Assembly (NCBI RefSeq): GCF_006345805.1
Contig: NC_042999.1
Coordinates: forward strand, 13,268,001 to 13,332,000
DNA from: Octopus sinensis
Lineage: Eukaryota
Length of the DNA stretch: 64,000 nt
Direction: 5' to 3'
Position 1 is the stretch's first letter, and each line of letters begins with the position of its first letter. Below are positions 23,971-37,530 of the stretch, in pieces. The translations under genes and the position numbers were made by a program. The notes below the pieces were generated by a model, which worked only from the letters and a program-made list of their open reading frames with translations, did not search any database and had not been told where the DNA came from.

Positions 23971-24555
23971 TATGATGTTTTTTGCCTCACAACGACATAA
24001 AAATACATTTTATTCACATATTCATATTGTGTAGTATAATTATTTATTGTACGCAGTTAGTACTGTTCTGTGTCGTTACTCGTATTTTCTAGTGTTGTGC
24101 TAATCCTCAGGTGGCGTTGTTTAACAAATAAACCTTGTCATGAGATAACAGTCGTGAGCAGTTGGAATGAGGTAAAGGAGAAAAAAAACAATCACAAACA
24201 AGTAAGTGCTAAAAATTGGTAATTTAGGCACAAAGCCAACAGTTTTAGTAGAAGGAAGTTAGTTGATTACATTGACTCCAGTACATGACTGGTACTCTTT
24301 ATTCATCCTCGAAAGGAAGATAAGCAGACGGAAACTCGGCGGGATTTGAACTTAGAACGTAAAGAGCAGAAATAATTAACTGCCGAGAATTTCCCCGCCT
24401 CTTGAACGATTGTGCTAGCGGACCGCCCATCTGATTATCATTATAATATATGATAATTTATTCACTTACAGGCTACTTCTCTTTACTGTCTTACTAACCT
24501 CTTTCATTGTTTGTAAACAAAAACCTCTCTCTCTCTCGCTCTCTCTCACACACAC

Positions 24556-24642
<87 letters not shown>

Positions 24643-24968
24643 CATACATACATACATACATACACATATATGTATGTATGTATGTGTCTGAAGAAACAAC
24701 GAAGATTTTGCAAAAGCGTCTGATATCTTTAACATCTGCAAATACATTGTCTAACTTTCCTGATATCTACTGCGTATTATGATTGTATAATTTTAGAAGC
24801 TCTTCGTTCCAGGTGTTTTTTTCAGCTTCAGGCATAAGCTAAACACAGGTTACGATGATATTAAGTACTGTACGGCGATAGGCAATTACTGAGAAGCGAG
24901 ACGTAGATTCCAAGGAAGTAGAGACGGCAACTTTGTTTCAGTTGACGATTGAAGCCAATTCATTTTAA

Positions 24969-24999
<31 letters not shown>

Positions 25000-25173
25000 A
25001 AGAGAGAGAGAGGGGGGAAGACAGACAGACAGACAGAGGCTGGGGGTTAGAGTGAGAACCTTTCTCTTATCATTCACCTGCGAGAAATACCAGCCAAATC
25101 TCTCTCAAATCATTACAGTAATATGATGGTAGTCTCTCGTAGTCCGAAAAAGACGGCCCTGTAAATATATACA

Positions 25174-25223
<50 letters not shown>

Positions 25224-25610
25224 TATACATATACGATGGAGTTCCACAGAGTTTCTGTCCACCAAATTCACCCACACATTATTTCCATCCGGGTCTATAG
25301 ATACTTAAATAAGTTTCAGCCGGGAATGGCCCAGGGCAGTCACTAACTCAATAGCACCACCTGGAAAAGACATTCTAGCATGCTTTTCATGCCAGGGTCA
25401 TATTAAAATCAAACACTTAGCTGTCAACCAAACTTCTGAATCACAAAACCATAAAATACTAATGCAGATTCTGCATAAATTTTCCGCTATTTAAAAAAAA
25501 TCAATACAATTTATTAGTTTCCATATTCCAAATCGTCTTACCGAATGATTTAGACTACAGATTGCAGCTGTTTTAAATCAGTTATCAGTTACATTGCTAA
25601 CATTCACAAT

Positions 25611-26138
25611 ATAGGCGTAGGAGTGGCTGTGTGGTAAGTAGTTTGCTTACCAGCCACATGGTTCCGGGTTCAGTCCCACTGCGTGGCACCTTGGGCAAGT
25701 GTCTTCTACAATAACCTCGGGCCGACCAAAGCTTTGTGAGTGGATAGGCGTATGGGTGGCTGTGTGGCAAGTAGCTTGCTTACCAACCACATGGTTCTGG
25801 GTTCAGTCACACTGCGTGGCACCTTGGGCAAGTGTCTTCTACTATAGCCTCGGGCCGACCAAAGCCTTGTGAGTGGATTTGGTAGACGGAAACTGAAAGA
25901 ATCCCGTCGTATATATGTATATATATACATATATATGTGTGTGTGTGTGTGTGTGTATGTGTGTGTGTGTGTTTGTGTTTGTCACCCCCCCCCCACATCG
26001 CTTGACAAACGATGCTGGTGCGTTTACGATAGAATAAGTACTAGGCATACAAAGAATAAGTCCTGGGGTCGATTTGCTCGACTAAAGACGGTGCTCCAGC
26101 ATGGCTACAGTCAAATGACCGAAACAAGTAAAAGAGTA
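25611..26138 (+). mobile_element. SINE family A with tandemly duplicated 133-bp head
   Basis: ataggcgta starts at 25611 and 25744; second copy continues to a full tail. Confidence 0.88.
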
Positions 26139-26244
26139 TAGGTGCAGTCGTAGTTGCGTTGCTACGAAGCTTGCTTCCCAGTGCCCAACCATGTGGCCTC
26201 GTGTTCAATTCCACTCTGCGGCTCCTTGGACAAATGTATTCTAT

Positions 26245-28434
26245 TATAGCCCCGGGCCCAGAATATCTTGTGAGTGGATTTAGCAGACAGAAACCGAAAT
26301 AAGCCTATTGTATGTGTGTGTATGTGTAAAAACATACTCACGAAAACACATATACACATATTCATATACGACAGGCCTCTTTCAGCTTCAGCCTACCATG
26401 TATGTATGTGTATGTATGTATTATGTATGTATGAGTGTGTGTATGTGTGTGCGCGCATGCGTTTGTGTTTATGTCTGTCCCACACTATACCACTTGACAA
26501 CTGGTGTTGGTTGTTTTACGTCCCCGTAGCATTAGCGGTTCGGCAAAAGAAACAAAATGGAATGAGTGATACGCCTAAAATAGATTACTAGGGACGATTT
26601 GCTCGACTACAATACTCTTCAAGGCGCTGCCCCAGTATGGCCCCAATACAATGACTGAAACAAGGAAAAGATGAAATATAAAAGTGTAGTGGGGATTCGA
26701 AACTGAACCTCTGGATACCCGATCAGGCATCACGGCCGAACCACAATAGTTTCACCTAGTCGATCTGTTAAACAAATAATCAGAGTTAAACCATCGAATG
26801 ATTCAGTCCTCTAGAATCTCCTTGTGCCCTGTAAAATGCCGCTTCTGGCGGTAATGAATAGTAGAATTCTGAGGCAGCTGAGTGATATGTATCTCCATTC
26901 TTGTCACATTAGGTGGCCCATGCGGACGGCCTTGACAGGTTACAGGAATCTCTGTCGTCACGAATGTAGCAGATATGTTTGCAGGACAAGCCACATGTTG
27001 CTATATCAATAGCTCGCCGTAAACTCCAAGCAGTTTATCTCTCTCGGTATGTAATTAATGCTGTTGTTATCTGTAAAAAAAGACCAACGCAGTTTGGTTT
27101 ATTGCGCAAGTATTAAAATCTTTTGTTAAATGTTCGCGGGGGTTGATACTTCTTCACCAGAGTCCAAGAAACATATTTTCATTCAGCAACTCAAATAGTC
27201 GCCACCACAGACCAGCCAAAAAAAATTTTTAATAACCACGCAGGAGTGGCTGTGTGGTAAGTAGCTTGCTAACCAACCACATGGTTCCGGGTTCAGTCCC
27301 ACTGCGTGGCATCTTGGGCAAGTGTCTTCTGCTATAGCCCCGGGCCCAGAATATCTTGTGAGTGGATTTAGCAGACAGAAACCGAAATAAGCCTATTGTA
27401 TGTGTGTGTATGTGTAAAAACATACTCACGAAAACACATATACACATATTCATATACGACAGGCCTCTTTCAGCTTCAGCCTACCATGTATGTATGTGTA
27501 TGTATGTATTATGTATGTATGAGTGTGTGTATGTGTGTGCGCGCATGCGTTTGTGTTTATGTCTGTCCCACACTATACCACTTGACAACTGGTGTTGGTT
27601 GTTTTACGTCCCCGTAGCATTAGCGGTTCGGCAAAAGAAACAAAATGGAATGAGTGATACGCCTAAAATAGATTACTAGGGACGATTTGCTCGACTACAA
27701 TACTCTTCAAGGCGCTGCCCCAGTATGGCCCCAATACAATGACTGAAACAAGGAAAAGATGAAATATAAAAGTGTAGTGGGGATTCGAAACTGAACCTCT
27801 GGATACCCGATCAGGCATCACGGCCGAACCACAATAGTTTCACCTAGTCGATCTGTTAAACAAATAATCAGAGTTAAACCATCGAATGATTCAGTCCTCT
27901 AGAATCTCCTTGTGCCCTGTAAAATGCCGCTTCTGGCGGTAATGAATAGTAGAATTCTGAGGCAGCTGAGTGATATGTATCTCCATTCTTGTCACATTAG
28001 GTGGCCCATGCGGACGGCCTTGACAGGTTACAGGAATCTCTGTCGTCACGAATGTAGCAGATATGTTTGCAGGACAAGCCACATGTTGCTATATCAATAG
28101 CTCGCCGTAAACTCCAAGCAGTTTATTTCTCTCGGTATGTAATTAATGCTGTTGTTATCTGTAAAAAAAGACCAACGCAGTTTGGTTTATTGCGCAAGTA
28201 TTAAAATCTTTTGTTAAATGTTCGCGGGGGTTGATACTTCTTCACCAGAGTCCAAGAAACATATTTTCATTCAGCAACTCAAATAGTCGCCACCACAGAC
28301 CAGCCAAAAAAAAATTTTAATAACCACGCAGGAGTGGCTGTGTGGTAAGTAGCTTGCTAACCAACCACATGGTTCCGGGTTCAGTCCCACTGCGTGGCAT
28401 CTTGGGCAAGTGTCTTCTGCTATAGCCCCGGGCC
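26245..28434. repeat. 1088-bp direct tandem duplication
   Basis: Identical ORF pairs offset by 1088 in the ORF track; tatagccccgggcc at 26245, 27333 and 28421; about 2 differences seen. Confidence 0.95.
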
Positions 28435-28748
28435 GACCAATGCCTTGTGAGTGGATTTTGGTAGACGGAAACTGAAAGAAGCCTGTCGTATATATGTATA
28501 TATATATGTGTGTGTATGTGTGTTTATATGTTTGTGTGTCTGTGTTTGTCCCCCCCCCCAACATCGCTTGACAACCGATGCTGGTGTGTTTACGTCCCCG
28601 TAACTTAGCAGTTCGGCAAAAGAGACCGATAGAATAAGTACTGGGCTTACAAAAGAATAAGTCCCAGGGTCGAGTGTTGCTCGACTAAAGGCGGTGCTCC
28701 AGCATGGCCGCAGTCAAATGACTGAAACAAGTAAAAGAGTAAAAGAGA

Positions 28749-28750
<2 letters not shown>
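28325..28750 (+). mobile_element. SINE family A, full length
   Basis: Canonical head, internal microsatellite and tail. Confidence 0.92.
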
Positions 28751-28784
<34 letters not shown>

Positions 28785-29419
28785 ACCTAAACAACAAAAG
28801 AAATAAAATTATGTCATTTTATCTCATCCAGTATTGACCTTCTTTCCCGTTTTCCTCATTACGAAAGCATTTCTGCTCTCGTAAATAGAAACAATTCGTT
28901 ATGACGTCAGGTAACTTGCGTCCTTTTTAAAACTAATGCTTCATTTCAATTGGGAAATATGATTTAATTTGTGAGATAATAATAAAAGGTCTTACTGTTT
29001 TTATTCTTTTGTGGTGTTTTTTGTTATGAAGTAATAATGGCTCACATTGTTCTTGAAACTGTCTCCCGCCACTGCTTTGTGTGTTCCATGTTTCATCAGA
29101 CGCGGAAATTGAAATTTTTTAGACTCTGTTGTCTCTTCTATTAAATACCAAACAAGGCAGACAGACAGACAGACACGCGCGCAACTTTCTCTCTCCCCCC
29201 CTCCTCTCTCAACCCCATCCCCCTCTTTCTCTCTTTCTCTAATCTCACGCACACACAGACACACCCCTACTCCCTCTCTCTTTCACTCTCACACACATAG
29301 ACATACATACGAACACACAAACACACAAATGTATACATGTGACCGTATGTATGTTCTTTTACTCTTTTACTCGTTTCAGCCAATGCGGCTGTGGTCATGC
29401 TGGAGCAGAATCATGGCTT

Positions 29420-29640
29420 GGATCTTTTCACTTTGACCGGCAGATTTTAAAAAATAATTTCTTTCTAACTAAACACTTTTAAACTTCGTATACTGCTAGA
29501 ATGTGTCACATAAGACATCTTTTTCTCTTGGGGTTCTTGAGAAAATTCTGTAGTTTGTAAGCTATTTCTTGTTAAATTTCTTGTATTTCGACAATTTCAA
29601 CCAATCAATGACGTCTATTGAGGTGAATACAATTACTGTG
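29420..29640 (-). mobile_element. terminal fragment related to the Merlin-like element at 39731
   Basis: Starts ggatcttttc; contains aaccaatcaatgacgtctattgaggtgaa, the reverse complement of about 39968-39996. Confidence 0.65.
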
Positions 29641-30274
29641 AAAGTTTCACAAAAGGCCTTTAACATCAACTATAATGAGCGGAATCCGACAACAGTGGAT
29701 AGAAGAGAATCGTGTGCAGAAATCTACTTTATTTCATTAAATTTGTCATCAAGATAGGACATAGATTAGGTAGCTTTGCGGGCTGGACAAGACATTAATG
29801 AGATGAATGATAACGATACAAGGATGATAAGGATGAGAGAAGACAGAAAGCGCCCGCCGACCCTCTGCTTCGCTATAACATTGTTCTTTAACAAATAATA
29901 TCATGAGGCAATGAACCTCTTACAAAAATGACAACAATATTAATGTACAAATATAAAATTTGCATATTTCGGTGCTAAGCCTATTCTTCTTCGCCCCCGA
30001 CCAGGCTGTACAAAACAAATCGACTTATAGCCAAATCGACTTAGAAAACAAATCGTCGACTTATATAACAAAGATTTAAACATCATCCCTTCACACGTGT
30101 CCACCACAACAGTCTCCCTCTAGTTGACCAACATATTTTGTTTGTGGTGGTTTATATTAAACCACGCATAAATATTGCGACTCAAGACAAAGTCATCTGT
30201 GCACTGGAAAGGCTTGACCCCTCCAGGATGTCTAGATGGTTCTCGTCGGATCGACGTGTTATACTTTAAAAACG

Positions 30275-30660
30275 TGGAGGCGCAATGGCCCAGTGGTTAG
30301 GGCAACGGACTCGCGTCGTAGGAACGCGGTTTCGATTCCCAGACCGGGTGTTGTGAGTGTTTATTGAGCGAAAACACCTAAAAGCTCCACGAGGCTCCGG
30401 CAAGGGATGGTGGTGATCCCTGCTGTACTCTTTCACCACAACTTTCTCTCACTCTTACTTCCTGTTTCTGTTGTACCTGTATTTCAAAGGGTCGGCCTTG
30501 TCACTCTCTGTGTCACGCTGAATATCCCCGAGAACTACGTTAAGGGTACACGTGTCTGTGGAGTGCTCAGCAACTTACACGTTAATTTCACGAGCAGGCT
30601 GTTCCGTTGATCGGATCAACCGGAACCCTCGTCGTCGTAACCGACGGAGTGCTTCCATCC
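30275..30660 (+). mobile_element. SINE family C, full length
   Basis: tggaggcgcaatggcccagtggttaggg head, gcggtttcgattccc B box, 3' gtcgtaaccgacggagtgc. Confidence 0.9.
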
Positions 30661-31125
30661 ACTTTAAAAACCTTAATTTATTAACCAATACATTTCGTGA
30701 CTGTAGACCAGTGATTCTCATCCGTGGCTCTATGGGCCGCATGTTGCCCTCAAGTTTTCTTCCGGTGACCTCCACCTCTCACTCCGACGATCTTTACTCT
30801 ACAAATATAATTTTTTAAAAATTGACTTGTAATTTTCTTCTTTTTTTTTTGGTGCAGCCCTGTAAAAGAATTCAGTCTGACGACATTATCCTCCTAATAA
30901 ATTTATCCTCCGGTGAAATAAATATATTGATATTATCCGGATTTAACAGACAGATCACGATCTAATATAATTGCAACCCTGCTGTCGTTGAAAGAATGAA
31001 ATAGGAAATAAACATGGTCTGCTTTTTCGTTTTGTGCGTCATAATAAAATAAATGAAATAAAATTTAAACATTTATCTTTTTCTCTGTTTCAATAATGTA
31101 ATTAGTATTAAAAATACGACTGATA

Positions 31126-31520
31126 GGCGTAGGAGTGGCTGTGTGGTAAGTAGCTTGCTTACCAACCACATGGTTCCGGGTTCAGTCCCACTGCGTGGAT
31201 CCTTGAGCAAGTGTCTTCTACTATAGCCTCGGGCCGACCAAAGCCTTGTGATTGGATTTGGTAGACGAAAACTGAAAGAAGCCCGTCGTATATATGTATA
31301 TATATATATATAGGAATGTGCGTGTATATGTTTGTGTAACAACGCTTGACAACCGACGCTGGTGTGTTTAGGTCCCCGTAACTTAGCGGTTCGGCAAAAG
31401 AGACCGATAGAATAAATACTAGGCTTACAAAGAATAAGTCCTGGGGTCGATTTGCTCGACTAAAGGCGGTGCTCCAGCATGGCTACAGACAAATGACTGA
31501 AACAAATAAAAGAGTAAAGA
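31126..31520 (+). mobile_element. SINE family A
   Basis: Canonical head, core and tail. Confidence 0.9.
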
Positions 31521-32023
31521 GTGACAACATAACGTCACAATTGAAAATGTCTGTTTGTAAAGACAAAAGTTCTCGTCAAAGTTGGATGCGGGAGGGTGAA
31601 TGGGCAAACCTGCGTACGTTCTCATGAAACAGCTCAGAATTTCTGGAAGAATGAGAACCAGAACACTTAAGGCTATGGTAGAAGCAGCTACGAACAGATC
31701 TAGCTTAATTTGGTCAAGGAAGAATGGCAGTGAATTTCAAAAGACATAATTTTGCCCTACAGCTCAATCGGCGAAATTGGTTTACAACATCTAAAGTAAC
31801 TTGGCTCTGCGGCACCTTAACCATCCAGAAGGGTTACATCTGATCGACAAGAGTCAACAAACTCGAAACATCGATGTCTCAGATGCCCGTGAGAGGGCGA
31901 CACTGAACTTTTAACCACAAGAGAGAATTTTTCTCTACGGTAACTGCAGTGAAATATGTGACTAACATATTTCAACTAACCTAAATTGTGATTATACGTA
32001 AACACTGCTTAGCGCATTTACTC

Positions 32024-32071
<48 letters not shown>

Positions 32072-32109
32072 GTGTGTGTGTATGTGTGTGTGTGTGTATG
32101 TATATATTA

Positions 32110-32470
32110 TTGGTTTGTCCGGAAAGTTCGTGCCGATTTTTAAAGGAAAGAAATAGGTCAATAAATACTTGCCATTACATTTTTAATCAACCAAATATGA
32201 ACCATTTTGTTGCACAATACGTCTCCATCTTTGCTTTAACTTGAAAATACTCTCTTCCCAGAATGGCGAAGAATTCATCAAGGTCTCTTTTTACGTCATC
32301 CAAGGAATTGAAATTTTTACCATTAACACTATTCTGCAGAGACCTGAATAAGTGGAAATCCGAAGGAGCAATATCTGATGAACATGGAGGGTGGGGTAAC
32401 ACATCCCAGCCAAGCGGCAGCAATTTTTGTCTGGTTCCCAAAGCATCAAGTGCCGAAAATGAACTTTCTT
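32110..32470 (-). mobile_element. mariner transposon 3' end
   Basis: LGWDVLPHPPCSSDIAPSDFHLFRSLQNSVNGKNF (HPPYSPDLAPSDYHLF catalytic motif); TIR ttggtttgtccggaaagttcgtgccg after TA at 32108-32109. Confidence 0.92.
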
Positions 32471-32812
32471 ATCTTCCATTTTAAAGGGTTACAGAATTAA
32501 CACAGGTTATAGGAACATAAATCTTCTTCCACGAAAAGATAGCTTAAACTGTGCTCTAAATGGAGGTGTAGTCAAATCCTATTTTATGGACTGAACCATT
32601 TTCTAAAATTAGTCGAAAGGCCAGCTACTATAAATCAGCAAGAACACTCCGGACAACCCAATACATATTAAGTACAGGATATCACCAACGGGTGAAAATA
32701 CGTAAGCACATGAGAGACAAGTACAGGACAAAATACCAAAAGAAGATAACTCCTCATCAGTTGTCGACTGTTTTACTACTTCCTGTTTCGTGCTGCCACA
32801 AGCATACACACG

Positions 32813-32885
32813 CACGGTAATCCCTCGACTATCGCGGGTGTTATGTTCCAAAACGCCCCGCGATAGCTGAAATTCCGCGAAGTAG
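32813..32885 (+). mobile_element. Tigger/pogo-like TIR fragment
   Basis: cacggtaatccctcgactatcgcgg...ccccgcgat resembles CAGTAATCCCTCG..ATCGCG Tigger ends. Confidence 0.5.
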
Positions 32886-33446
32886 TAACAGCACTGCACT
32901 GTATATTGTTTTAATCATTGTTATAATTTGTATGTATTTATTTTATTATAAATGCAAAATAACACCACGGAGGAATCGACGTAAGCTTAAATAATAAACC
33001 GCGATAAGTGAATCGTTATATGGCGAGGGATTACTGTACACACAACACCTGTAATATATGAGATAAGGGGAACAGTTTGTGGTGAAGGTTTGTATGATAT
33101 TAAGTAACATAATTTTATTAGGAGTATGACTAGTGTAACTGAAATAAAACAGCTACAGGCCATATAGTCTAAATTATGCTGGATGTAGAGAGGTGGGGCG
33201 ACTCGTAATATTAAAATTACTAGATTATATCGATTTCTCGCTTCACAGCACCTGGCCGATTATTTGTATAGAAATGTTAGAGACGATTGAATACACATCA
33301 GTTCTTTTTTAACATGTATTTTATCGACTCTTTGAAGGATGATTGGTTAAATCGACTTCGCTGGGAACTGAGAGTTGAGGAACATGACGAAATGGTTAAT
33401 AGATTTTTAACTTTTTATTGAAAATCATTATGATGTATATATTCGT

Positions 33447-33778
33447 TACTCTTTTTACTCTTTTACTTGTTTCAGTCATTTCACTGTGGCCATGCTGGAG
33501 CACCGCCTTTAGTCGAGCAAATCGACCACAGGGTTTATTCTTTGTAAGCCTAGTACTTATTCAATCGGTCTCTTTTGCCGAACCGCTAAGTTACGGGGAC
33601 GTAAGCACACCAGCATCTGCTGCCAAGCGATGTTGGGTGGACAAACACAGATACACAAACATATACACACACATACATATATATACATATATACGACGGG
33701 CTTCTTTCAGTTTCCGTCTGCCAAATCCACTCACAAGTCTTTGGTCGGCTCGAGACTATAGCAGAAGACGCTTGCCCA
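33447..33778 (-). mobile_element. SINE family A, 5'-truncated
   Basis: Reverse complement of tail, internal microsatellite and core. Confidence 0.88.
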
Positions 33779-34164
33779 GTAAATATGATTACTTACCAAG
33801 AGCCAATTATTTTTCTGTTGTATAAGCAACGTGGCTCTGCTAAAATCGTGAATTGTGTTAGGGTCAAAGAATAAACGAATAAACACAACTTTCATCATTT
33901 AATGATGCTTCTTTCCATTGTGTGTTGAAATTTTGCTCTAGCCACCTTTATATTCAAGATTTAATAAAATGTAAGGAGTGGCTATGTGTTAGATAGCTTG
34001 CTTACCAACCACATGGTTCCGGGTTTAGTCTTACGGAATATCTTCAGACCCCAGGCACTGCTGGCCTGAGACCTCTTTATTATAATATTAACTGCTCTAC
34101 ATCTCAGGGGGTGCTTCTCCTCCGGATTTATGTATTTCTACAAATGATCCAATATATATATATA

Positions 34165-34803
34165 TGGAGTGGCTGTGTGGTAAGTAGCTTGCTAACCAAC
34201 CACATGGTTCCGGGTTCAGTCCCACAGCGTGGCACCTTGGGCGCGTGTCTTCTACTATAGCCTCAGGCCGACCAAAGCCTTGTGAGTGGATTTGGTAGAT
34301 GGAACCTGCAAGAATCCTGTCGTATATATGTGTCCCTTTCTGTAGAAGAGCGTAGGCTCGAAACGTAATAGACTATCTCTATTCCTGAGCGTAATACTAA
34401 CACATCTATTTGTTTTCAACACCACCTATCTTCGTCTTTTGTTTTTTCGTGAACTCTCCCTCTTCGTTGAACTGTCTAAAGTCGTAAGACACCCGCTGTT
34501 TTTGTCCTGTTATTACTATTATTGTTTTTTGTATTTATATTCGTGTGGCATCGTCCGTTTTTCTGTCCTTGTTTCGTATACATTCGATCCTTTTTCCAAG
34601 AAATCTAATGCTCGTAGCTTAGTTTTTCCTTGGGGCTGGCCGATCGGAGCGATCTCAAGATTAATCAGCCGAAATTGCGAGGATGATCCGGTTCTTGACT
34701 GAAGATTGAAGGCTGTGTGTTTTGTATCGTCTTCTAAATGTTTTGCGTTCTTGTCCCAGTTTGTATTTTTCTACATATTATATATATATATATTATATAT
34801 ATA

Positions 34804-34849
<46 letters not shown>

Positions 34850-35080
34850 GTGTTGCATATGCTTGTGTGTCCGTGTTTGTCCCCCCAACATCGCTTGATA
34901 ACCGATGCTGGTGTGTTTACGTCCCCGTAACTTAGCAGTTCGGCAAAAGAGAACGATAGAATAAGTACTAGGCTTACAAAGAATAAGTCCAGGAGTCGGA
35001 TCGATTTGCTCGACTAAATGTGGTGCTCCAGCATGGCCACAGTCAAATGACTGAAACAAGTAGAAGAGTAAAAGAGAGAG
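34165..35080 (+). mobile_element. SINE family A split by a Penelope-type insert (about 34332-34780)
   Basis: Head to ctgtcgtatatatg, then about 450 bp of foreign sequence with ctgtagaagagcgtaggctcgaaacg, then (TA)n and the family A tail. Confidence 0.8.
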
Positions 35081-36429
35081 TAAATAGTAAGCTGTGTACT
35101 GGAGTAGACTGAAACTCAATACACCCGTCTCTGAAATGTGTGTGTATATGACAACCTATCAAGGATGTTAAGTTTTGAGAAACTATTAGGTTGGTGCATA
35201 ATTATTGCGGCCGAGGTCAATTTTGCTTTCATACTTTCAGAGTCGATGAAATAAGTACCATGTGAGCATGGGTGATGGGGACGATGTAATTGACTAACTT
35301 GCTGCCCCAAAATATCAAGCTTTGTGCCTATAGCAGTAAGGATTATTTTTTTATTATTGAAGGCGACGCGCTGGCAGAACCGTTATCGCGTTGGGTAAAA
35401 TGCTTCGCAGTATTTCTTACAAATTTCTACGTTCTGATCTCAAATTCCGCCGATGTCAACTTTCTCTTTCATCCTTTCAGAGTTAATAAAATACAGTACA
35501 GTCAAACACTGCCCTCTCCTTCAAAATTTCTGGTCTTGTGCTAAGAATTAGAAATAATTATTATTGTTGGTCATTAGAGTCGTGGTCGAACGTTATTTCA
35601 AGTCGAAGGATTTGCTTCGAAGCAAAGGATTTTGATTTTATAGAATAAAGCTTTCTTTTCTTTTCTTTTTATTTTCTTTGGGATTATTTGAATTCTATAT
35701 ATTCTTGAAATTGTCTCACTCATAGAAAAATTGCTATAAAAATCCTGAGCCACGCCCCTTGAGAGAAAATTGACAATTAACAAAATAACACGGTTCACAT
35801 AGAAAAAAAGTATGTAATTCGTTTGCACAATAAGATATTAATATTGAATTCGAACAAAAAGAAAGCAATAATATTTTAAGTTTTGATATTTCATTTGAAA
35901 ATGTAAACGACAACAATAACAACAACAACGCTTTATAGAATTTTTACTCAGCGAAAATATTTCCGCCATTTTGGGCGGTAACAGCACCACACTGAACGAC
36001 ACAGAATATTTGAATATAAACCTTCTTTTCACGGAGAAAGGAATAATTGGGGGGGGGGGGCGAGATGCTTCGTTGAACAACATCTTTCTACCTATCGATT
36101 ACATACATAAGCGAAGGCAGAGAGAGAGAGACAGAGAAAATTATTTATTTTAATCACCTAAATGAATGAAGGCTTTCAAACAGCCTCTAAACTACTGAAA
36201 AAAGTCCTGTCAGATATGTGCAGGGAGATAACCTCTTTCCAGTGCAGAAAAACCTACGTTTTTGACACCAAAAACACATCCCCACTACAGGCAAAGATGC
36301 TGATGCACATACCTAGCTAATTCTTGCCCCATTATTAGGGACGGGAAATATAAAACTGACAGTTAGGGGCACCAGCACAGGTGTTAGCCCCTGTCTAGCG
36401 TCCACCTTTATATCGCTCTAATGAATGGA

Positions 36430-36660
36430 TGGTTAGTACAGAATGTCAAAGAGACAAGTAAGTGGTCAGGAGAAGTCACACTAGACACACCAGATCTTAA
36501 AGCATCCGAAAATAGACTATACAAGTGTTGTGTCATGTTGCATAGAAACAAAGGATAAGAAACTCGTGGTGCAGAACAAAAGACCTAACTGCTTCAAATG
36601 AGGAAGCAAGAGTTGTCTTTTGGGCTTTTCTCCCGGAGAACTAAAGTACACAAAAGGGTA
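36430..36660 (+). mobile_element. possible decayed LINE ORF1 zinc-knuckle remnant
   Basis: LVVQNKRPNCFK*GSKSCLL loosely follows the RP.CF.CG..GH knuckle; stop at the second Cys. Confidence 0.25.
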
Positions 36661-37202
36661 GTGAAGAGCAACAGAGTTATCAACAACAGCAGTCTCCAGT
36701 ACAGCACGGGACACAGTTCTTGAGGTAGTAGTGGGGGTCACCAGAGACCAGATACCTTCTGTCCTTTCTATAACATGCAGCCCTATCCTATCTTATTGTG
36801 AAATAGAGCGAAATAAGATTTACAAACTGTCGGAGGGGAAAAAGATTCGACGGCAAAAGAATAACTAGGTAGCTAGTTATAAAAGGTAACTAAAATAGGC
36901 AAGTAGGAGTCCTCCTCACGTACAAAGTCATAAGTTATACTGTCATGCAGGTCACTTTCGCGGATCTCAGGACTATATATTTCTAGGAGAGCTACACATT
37001 AGTTGACCGTTTACTTTTGGGAAAGGATTTACTAGACGAGATGAGAGAATGGAGAAGGCGAGAGGTTTTGTTGTGCTAGATGAAGTCGGGCTAAGATTGG
37101 CCGAAAAAAGTACAAAACAGGATTGGAAGAGAGCGATTGTAAAAAGTAAACGACGGTCGCTGGAGGAAATATGTCATTCACTAACTGATGTACACTAACA
37201 CT

Positions 37203-37282
<80 letters not shown>

Positions 37283-37383
37283 TACATGGAAAGCTGAAAC
37301 ATCAATAGTAAACGAAAATATTTCATGCTAGAATGTAAAGATTTCAAATTTTATCTATTTTCTTTTCCACACAGAAATAAATT

Positions 37384-37415
<32 letters not shown>

Positions 37416-37496
37416 ACACATTCACTCACGTATATACATACATACATACATACATACATACATACATACATGCATATATATATATATATATATATA

Positions 37497-37530
<34 letters not shown>

